In this document: piece by piece, positions 55,316 through 64,000 of the stretch
How positions within the stretch are numbered: the stretch's first letter is position 1
How the letters are laid out: the number at the start of each line of letters is the position of its first letter
Assembly (NCBI RefSeq): GCF_009914755.1
Contig: NC_060930.1
Length of the DNA: 64,000 nucleotides
Source of the DNA: the human T2T-CHM13v2.0 reference genome, Homo sapiens
Reading direction: 5' to 3' (one strand)
Notes under the pieces: generated by a model
The model's input: the letters and a program-made list of their open reading frames with translations, nothing else
What the model was told of the DNA's origin: nothing
Databases searched by the model: none
Translations under genes and position numbers: made by a program

Positions 55316-55959
55316 TTAAAAGCCTTTTAGTTTTACTTTCTAAAGTCAATTTACATATTTGGAAATTTATAATGTCTGACAATCAGCTATAAATCTTATA
55401 AAAATGTATTTATTAATTAGTTTACTAATGTATTAATGGATATTTTGTACTTCAGTTTTTATTTCAAGATAAGGTCTGATGCATTAAAAGGCAAATATTG
55501 TATTTTGAGTATATACTATATTTTAAGTATATAAAATGACAAAAGATGCAGAGAGATCTGTGATTTGGATACTAAATAGCAGGGAGTTTAAAGAAACAAC
55601 ATTGAACATGGGAGTCTTTTCCATAAGCAATAATACAAACTTTATGTAGAGAATATAAAAATTTATTGATCAAAGTGAAAGAATTGGAAAAAACAAATAC
55701 TTCACAGATTAAAATTTTAGGAGTAATCACAATGTTAACGCTTTAGGAATTAGATATAAATAATAAAATATCTGTCAAAGAGGAATAATTACTAAAATGA
55801 AGCATTAGGTAATAATAGAAGAATATTCTCAAAGAAGGCTACATGGAAAAACGATAAGGGTCAAGAAAGTAAAAAAGAAGGATGCCAAGAACATTTATGT
55901 ACATAGATGCCAACAACTATGAGTGCCTTGAAGTGGGAGAAGATTATGAAACAATCTTT

Positions 55960-57200
55960 AATTTAAAAAAGGGAGGAAACATCACCTATATACTATTCTT
56001 GCCAAAGATATTTAATCTGTACAAAATCATGAGGAAAATAAAAAAATAAATTAAGAGACTTTTGAAAAACAAATAAACAAAAGTTATCTAAACTCTTCAA
56101 AAATGTCATTCAATGATACTAAAGACAAAGGAAGATGGTGACAATGTTCTAGATTAAAGAAAATTAAAAAGGCAAAACAACTACATTTTACCCATAAAAT
56201 ATGATTATCTCATGGATCAAAGAAAACAATAATCAAGAATGCGTTTGGGAAAATTGTAGAAATTTAAATGGGGACAGAATATTATATAATAATATTGAGA
56301 GCTGAAGCCAGTTAGACTTCTGGGTGGGTGGGGAGGGGACTCAGAGAAGTTTTTTGTCTTACAAGAGGAATGTAAAATGCACCAATCAGCACTCTGTAGC
56401 TAGGATTGTAAAACACACCAATCAGCGCTCTGTGGCTAGCTAGAGGTTTATAAAATGGACCAATCAGCACTCTGTAAAATGGACCAATCAGTGCTCTGTA
56501 AAATGGACCAATCAGCACTCTGTAAGATGGACCAATCAGCAGGACTTTGGCAGGGTCAAATAAGGGAATAAACGCTGGCCACTGCAGCCAGCAGTGGCAA
56601 CCCTGTAGGGTCCCCTTCCATGATGTGGAAGCTTTGTTCTGCTCTTCACAATAAATCTTGCTGCTACTGACTCTTTGGGTTTGTGCCATCTTTTAAGAGC
56701 TGTAACACTCACTGTGGAGGTCCATGGCTCCAGCGAGACCACGAACCCACCGGAAGGAACCTACTCTGGACGCAATACAGCAATAGTAAATTTTCTGGCA
56801 ACCATAATGGGATAGGCAATAGATTTCTTGAGTGTGATAATTTTATTAAAGTTTTGTAAAATAATTTACTTGATTTAAGGAAATAAATGCTATTTTTTAA
56901 CAGTGTTATAATGTGTGCCACTTTCAAATAGTTCCATAAAGACCTATGTAAATCAATCTATCCATCGATTTACCAACCTATCATTTATCTATGTGTTAGT
57001 CTAGACAGTGTGACTACATCTATTGTTTATGTATCTTATCTATCTAGCTATGTATAGAGTTATCACCTCCCATATACTCAGACAGAAATAAAGTGAATGT
57101 GGCAAAATATTAAGTGGTCAATCTAAGTACAGAGCATGCGGGTGTTTATTGAAGCATTCTTTGAAATTTTCTGTACATTTGAAAAGCAAAAATCTGGAAA
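55960..57200 (+). mobile_element. L1ME/L1MC4-like 3'UTR relic split by LTR12
   Basis: tattcttgccaaa, ttctagattaaag, ttgggaaaattg...tttaaatgggg before the LTR; agatttcttgagtgtgataa, aatgtggcaaaat after it. Confidence 0.6.
56296..56774 (+). mobile_element. LTR12-family (LTR12F-like, ERV9) solo LTR
   Basis: tgagagctgaagccag start; six ccaatcag repeats; gctcttcacaataaatcttgctgct; end actctggacgca; 4-bp TSD atat/atac. Confidence 0.92.
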
Positions 57201-57720
57201 AAAGGAAATATACAACTGAAAGAAGAGTTCATTAAAAACAGAAAATAACAACATAAAAGAATAATTAGAATCACTTAAGATGAATTTTAAGAAGGCTTTA
57301 GTTTACTACTTAAGAAGCCAAAAATAAATTCAGTTCTTTAAAGAGTTGATATTGCCTATCAATTTTTCATACAGACCTCCTCTCCTAGAGTTATAAAATA
57401 TTTCTTCCTACTGATAATAGGTACTGCTCTCAGAACAGCCGAATCAGTCAGCTTAATTATTCAATTATGGATTCCTTTCATGGAGCATGTAACACCTCCC
57501 TTTATTGAGGCATTTCCAATTTTAAAAGTCTTGAATATTAGAAATCTGTATAAGCTCATTGGCTGCTTCTTGACTCATCTCAAACTTGTTCGAGACTAAA
57601 ACTATAAGAGAGCTTGCTAGGGTTTGAATACTCATTCAAAAACAGAAGACAGGCATTTTTGTACACTGGTTTTCTCTTTGTTTGGCTGGAAATATCATTC
57701 TTTTAATTGATTAAATAATT

Positions 57721-58244
<524 letters not shown>

Positions 58245-58304
58245 TTAGGTATCCTTAAGTCAGCTGGGTACCTCTTGCCACTCCTGATTAAAAGGAACCT
58301 CCCA

Positions 58305-58702
<398 letters not shown>

Positions 58703-59031
58703 CTACTGCCCTAGTTAGCTTGGGATCTGCTCTCATTTTATGTGTTCAATAATGCTTCCTGTCTTTTCATGTATGTTAAAAATTGTGGTCCATATGACGG
58801 ATGTGTGAGGTGGTAGGCTATCACTATTGTTTTGGGGATTCTTTTCTATTTTCATAAAAAATATCAAAGCCCCTAAACTCCTACATTTATCTTCAGTATA
58901 TGGATACTCCTGAAAGGTAGATCTCTTTGCAAATGAAAAAACAGCTTTTTCTAAACTTCAAGCACTACAATGCTCTCAAGGGACACCGATTATTTGTAAA
59001 GTATAGTAATTTACAGAGCATCCCCATTTGA

Positions 59032-59329
<298 letters not shown>

Positions 59330-59479
59330 CCAATTTGATCTTTCAAATCCAAATTTTAAGGAGTCCTGGACTCCTTAAAGAGTAAGTGTGTTTTGTCACA
59401 GGGAGTGATTCATATTATAAGCCAGGTTGACTTGCTCAATTTTAACATTAAGAGGACAGATCAGTTCTAAAATAGCAGT

Positions 59480-59935
59480 ATTTATTTATATTAGCCCTCA
59501 AGAGGAAACAACCAAAATGTTTCATCAAATGAAACAAAATGTGGTATAACCATACAACGGCATGTTATTCAGCAATAAAAATAAATGAAATACTTATAGT
59601 GATACAACATAGACAAACCTTTAAAAACATGCTAATTTACAGGAGCCTGTCACAAAAGACCATAATTGTATGATTCCATTTATATGAAATGTCCGGAACA
59701 GGCAAATCTATAGAAACAGAAAGTAAACTGATCTTTACCTAAGGCTGGTGGGAAATGGGGAGTGGCTGATGATGGTTTCAGGATTTCCTTACGGGGTGAT
59801 GGAAATGCTTATTGTTGTGACTGTTGCACAATTTTGTAAATACATTAAAAACCAGTGAATTATACACTTCAAGTGGGTGAATTACATGGCATGTGAATTA
59901 TATTGTAATAGGGCTATTTTTTAAAAAATAAAATA
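59480..59935 (+). mobile_element. L1MB (7/8-like) 3' end
   Basis: tgtatgattccatttatatgaaatgtccggaacaggcaaatctatagaaacagaaagta...ggggtgatggaaatg...gtgaattata. Confidence 0.85.
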
Positions 59936-61149
59936 ACTTGGTTCAAGGTAATTGTGTATCAAAACTTTTTCCTGACATTGTGTAAATTCAGAGAAAGTGA
60001 AAGACCAGGATAAATCTAAGTAAACGATTGTTTAGATAAAGTATGACTGTAGTATGAAAAATGCTTGCTATGATGGATATTTGAGAAATTTCTTTTTGAG
60101 TTTGTTTATGTAAGCAGTGGTCAAATACATATTTAATTTCTCAAATAAAACACACTAACGAAAAGGTCCTATAATATGTGGCAAACATCATATTCCTGAT
60201 TACAGTTAATCAGCTTTCTGACAGTCTGTGGGAATTAAATGTTGCAAAGCTGTAGTACATTATCAGGAATTCCTTACAGCCCAGTCTTATGTTAACACTT
60301 CACTTTCTCCCCTTTAAAAGTCATTTTTATTAACAACAAAATTCCTTCCTTGTGATATAAGATTTTTTCTTTTTTGTTACTTTTCTGATTATTTTTAAGG
60401 ACAAGACTTCCAATTTCTTCTAACTTTATGATTCTCATAAAAATAAATCTCATTTATTCTGTTTTTTAATCCTAAGGATAACTTTAGCTGTTATTCTAAG
60501 ATACTATTTCTAAGCATAGTGCTTTGGGTTTTGATAAATAACCCAAGCTATACAGAGAACATTCAGATGGATTAAAAGTGAAGAAATAAGAAAAAGCAAG
60601 CCAAATAGTTTTGTTTTGTTTTTTTTTCTTATCAGCAGGCTTGTCCTCTGGGAATGGCTAGTAAATCACAGATAAAAATTTTAAAATCACTTTATGACTC
60701 TCTGGGGAAGAGCTGCTGGAGGAGGGCACTAAGATTCCTGGTTAAAATTATTCCAGACAGGTCTGTGGAATGGATGGATGATGCTCAGTTCCATTTGGTT
60801 TAAAGTTTCAAAATCTTTGCTCCAGTTAGAATCAGAATGTGTCATGACTACAAATAATTGCTAAATTTACCCTGTTATTTAAGAAACGACAAAAGAATGA
60901 TTCAGCGTTAATAAGTCATTTTTTCCCAGAGGCCTCCATGAGCTATAACTGAGAAGCTCTGACTCAGACATCATAAGCCATTTTATTGCACAGCACCACA
61001 AGGTACAGCTGACACTCTATCAGATCTTGTAGTTTATAAAGAAAGCATCTTATTCCTTATATTCTTTTATCCTGATAGGAATACTCTCCAGCAAATCAAG
61101 AACCTAAGAGATGAGGAAATGGAATTTCAGGGTGTAAAGAATTCTTAAA

Positions 61150-62511
61150 ATTGTATGTTGCCTGGGCATTCATTTTGAATACACGTTTTACTTTCTCATA
61201 CCAGGGCTCAGTCACCATCGACACAGTTTCTAGTTCTACGCCACACCCAAATGACTCAAGCCACAGATAAGAACTTTAAGTCAGTGCAGGCAAATGCCTT
61301 GATGGTTCCTCACAGGAAGGATGGGCAAAAAGGGAGCCCATTCTGCCAGGGAGGAGAGATGACTCAAGTTGTGACTGAGTCTTCACTACACCCTAGTTCT
61401 TTAGGAGGCAGCCCCAGGCCAGGTTTTTCCTGGAACAGTGGGGTGGGGCTTTGGGGGGCGGTTTGAACGAGAAGAGTCAAACTTTGTAAAATACTTGAAG
61501 AGATTTATTCTGAGCCAAATATGAGTAACCTCTCAGGAGGTCATGAGAATGTGTGCCCCAGGTGGTTGGGGCGCAGCTCGGTTTTATACATTTTGGAGAG
61601 GCATGATACATCAATCAAATACAGTTAATAAATACATTGGTTTGGTACAAAAAGGCAGGACAACTCAAAGCATGGGGGCTTCCAGGCTATAGGTGAATTT
61701 AAACATTTTTGATTGACAATTGGCTGAGTTTGTCTAAAGACCTTGGATTGATAGGAAGGGGATGTTCAAGTTAAGATAAAAGGTTGTAGAGACCAAAGTT
61801 CTTTTGAAGTCTTATAATGGCTGCCCTTAGAGACAATAGATGACAAATGTTTTCTATTCAGATCTTAATTAATCTGTTTAGGATTGGGAAGGTCTAGCAG
61901 GAAAAGATCTAGCTATGTTAATGAAGATTCTCTACAGATGAAAATTTTCCCCCCACAAAGAACAGCTTTGCTGGATCATTTCAAAATATGTCTATAAACA
62001 TCTTTTGGGGCAAAATAATTTGATTTCTTCCTTGTCTCATAATGTTATGCCAGAGTCAGGTTGGAAAGTAAGTCACGATATATAGGACTAAATAAAACCC
62101 ATCTGATAAGAATTTATGATTTGTAGGGCATGACTCCCCAGGACTCCTAAATAGGAATTTGGGCAAGACAAAAAATCAGAGTTTAGTTCAAAGCGGTGTA
62201 CAAGGTGAGCTCTCCCATTACCAGAATGATGCTCAGACAGGAATAAACTGATCAGGGGTCAGAGAAGAGCCACAATGGCATCTGCCAGTATAAACAAGTT
62301 TTCCGTGTGAGGGGCTCTCTATCTCAGGCAGGACAACTAGGCATTAGGCCTTCTACCAGGTAAAAAAAAAAAAAAAAAAAAAGGCCTCCCGTGAAAGGCT
62401 CACTGTAAACATCCACATCTGGCTCTTGTTTATTTATGATTAGGACACTGTTGCTGGCCACCCTGTTGCTCTGGTATTGGAACACCAAGTGAGCTGGGTA
62501 CACTCAAAACA
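61150..62511. mobile_element. ERV LTR (subfamily uncertain, LTR29/LTR47-like) interrupted by MER4E
   Basis: cagggctcagtcaccatcgacacagtttctagttc on the left; gtgaaaggctcactgtaaaca...ctcaaaaca on the right; GC-richer than flanks. Confidence 0.55.
61463..62192 (-). mobile_element. MER4E-type ERV1 solo LTR
   Basis: aagagtcaaactttgtaaaata...gatttattctgagccaaatatgag to gggcatgactcccca...aaatcagagtttagt; TSD gcggt at 61458-61462 and 62193-62197. Confidence 0.88.
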
Positions 62512-62934
62512 CAGAGCTGTTGATGGTACAAGTGTTCTCAGAAGTTAGTCCTTAAATCTTTGTCTTCTGATGCTCAGCAAGGTATCTTTCATTCACTGAG
62601 GTTGTTTTCTAGAAAACAAGGTCACTTAATTCAGATGTAAAGTGATAAACTTAGTTTTAGCTGCACATATTCCAAAGCATTGAGTTTTGTTTTGAAATGA
62701 ATTTGACCAAGTTTGAAAAAAAAAAATTCTTGTTTAATTATTGTTGTTTTGGATTTCTTTTGTATCTGAAACAGTTTGAAAAATAACAATGATTTATTTT
62801 TCATTCTGCAGAATATGTTGAATATTCATTTAATAAGTTGACCTCAAATTCTCCATGAAAATAGAGTCCAAATTGGATTTGGACCACGTTTTCAATTTTT
62901 GTGTCACTGCTTCTCTCAAGAAAGATCACATGGT

Positions 62935-63060
62935 AACATTTATTCAATAAATATTTATTTACTATTCTTCACATATGCTAGACACTGTTTAGTCCTGGAT
63001 ATATGATAATAGAGTAAGTGAGTCTCAGTCCTTACCAAGAGAATTTTTACTGTGCTTGCA
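62935..63060 (-). mobile_element. L2 3' end relic
   Basis: catttattcaataaatatttatt...agacactgtttag...cagtccttacc. Confidence 0.55.
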
Positions 63061-64000
63061 GAAAAGGAAAAATTGAATAAGTCATATAACACATTCAAAC
63101 ACATTATTTTCCTTTTGGTTATGATACTGATGATCTTCAACACTCCTAAACCTATAACGAGTTCAGTAATCAATTGCCTCTGGCAAGAGAAAAGATGCAA
63201 CTGACAACAAATCATATTTTGCTTGGTCTCTACTAGCTATACGTTAGAGACTACTAATTTTATCTTTGCCAAGTGAAAGCCTCAGAAGAAGACACACCTT
63301 CTGAGTACTCTACTTAGTAAGAATGAAAGTAAACATATCTAACTCAGGTAGGCTAATTTCCCTCCAGCTGGAGAAGTCTCTAATTAACAATTGACTCATA
63401 ATTGTTTTCCTTATTTGCAAATTAAAGGGCAAGAATTAGGGTGTGATTAGGATGTGATTAACAAATAAAGCCAGTGACTTGTCTTAGTGCCGGAAGACAA
63501 TACCTGCCACTATCTGTTCAAACAATTTAGAGGCTACTCTCATGCCACTTCCACTGCCTCCAGAAGGCTTGGGAGTGGAGTGAGAAATAGCATTTGTGTT
63601 ATGGGTTAAAAGGCAAATGCGAAAGATGAAAAAAAAGTTTTCATCTGAATGAGGGTCTACGCCCCCTTAATTTTACCTTTAAGAGTAACTTTTTGCTTTT
63701 ATAAAGCCTTTTTGTTAATTTGCTAGAAGTTTTCTATGGCCCTAATCTATGACAGATGCTGAGCCCCAAACAATGAATAAGGCACATCCTTTGCTTTCAA
63801 GGATCAATGGGCAGAGAATAAGATTAGAGTGCATGCCATTTATGTGTTGTGTGAGATAGCTATGGTCACCTTTTCAATTCTAAATGTATGATGTCAAATT
63901 TGTGAATAGGAAAATAATGTCATTCCATCTCTGGAAATTATTTACTTAAATTCACAATTACTAGAAAATTTAAATGCATAATTTACAAAATTCGCATGTA

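Noticed and set aside
56312-56689. 125-aa ORF with repeated YRVLIGPF units
   Set aside because: Antisense translation of the LTR12 CCAAT tandem repeats

Overview
AT-rich primate (human-like) non-coding DNA, intronic or intergenic. I find no supportable protein-coding gene, RNA gene, CpG island or CRISPR array; the ORF track is explained by Alu/L1/LTR sequence or chance ORFs. The window holds 13 Alu-family insertions and a near full-length, decayed L1MA1/2-type LINE-1 (~11.03-20.14 kb). That L1 carries a nested AluY and an LTR28-like solo LTR and itself sits inside an older L1ME. There are several solo LTRs (LTR13, LTR12-family, MER4E nested in another LTR, MLT2 with a nested MST), a full-length dead Hsmar2 mariner beside a MADE1 MITE, a MER8 MITE, MIR/L2 relics and microsatellites. 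I did not find a convincing new biological system. The best leads are small-scale: a perfect 3x50-bp minisatellite, a patchwork templated-insertion scar in L1 ORF2, an LTR12 copy with a canonical G-quadruplex motif ahead of six CCAAT boxes, a perfect 25-bp palindrome, and candidate lncRNA exons. Subfamily names come from recalled consensus sequences and need RepeatMasker/Dfam confirmation; boundaries of old repeats are approximate.
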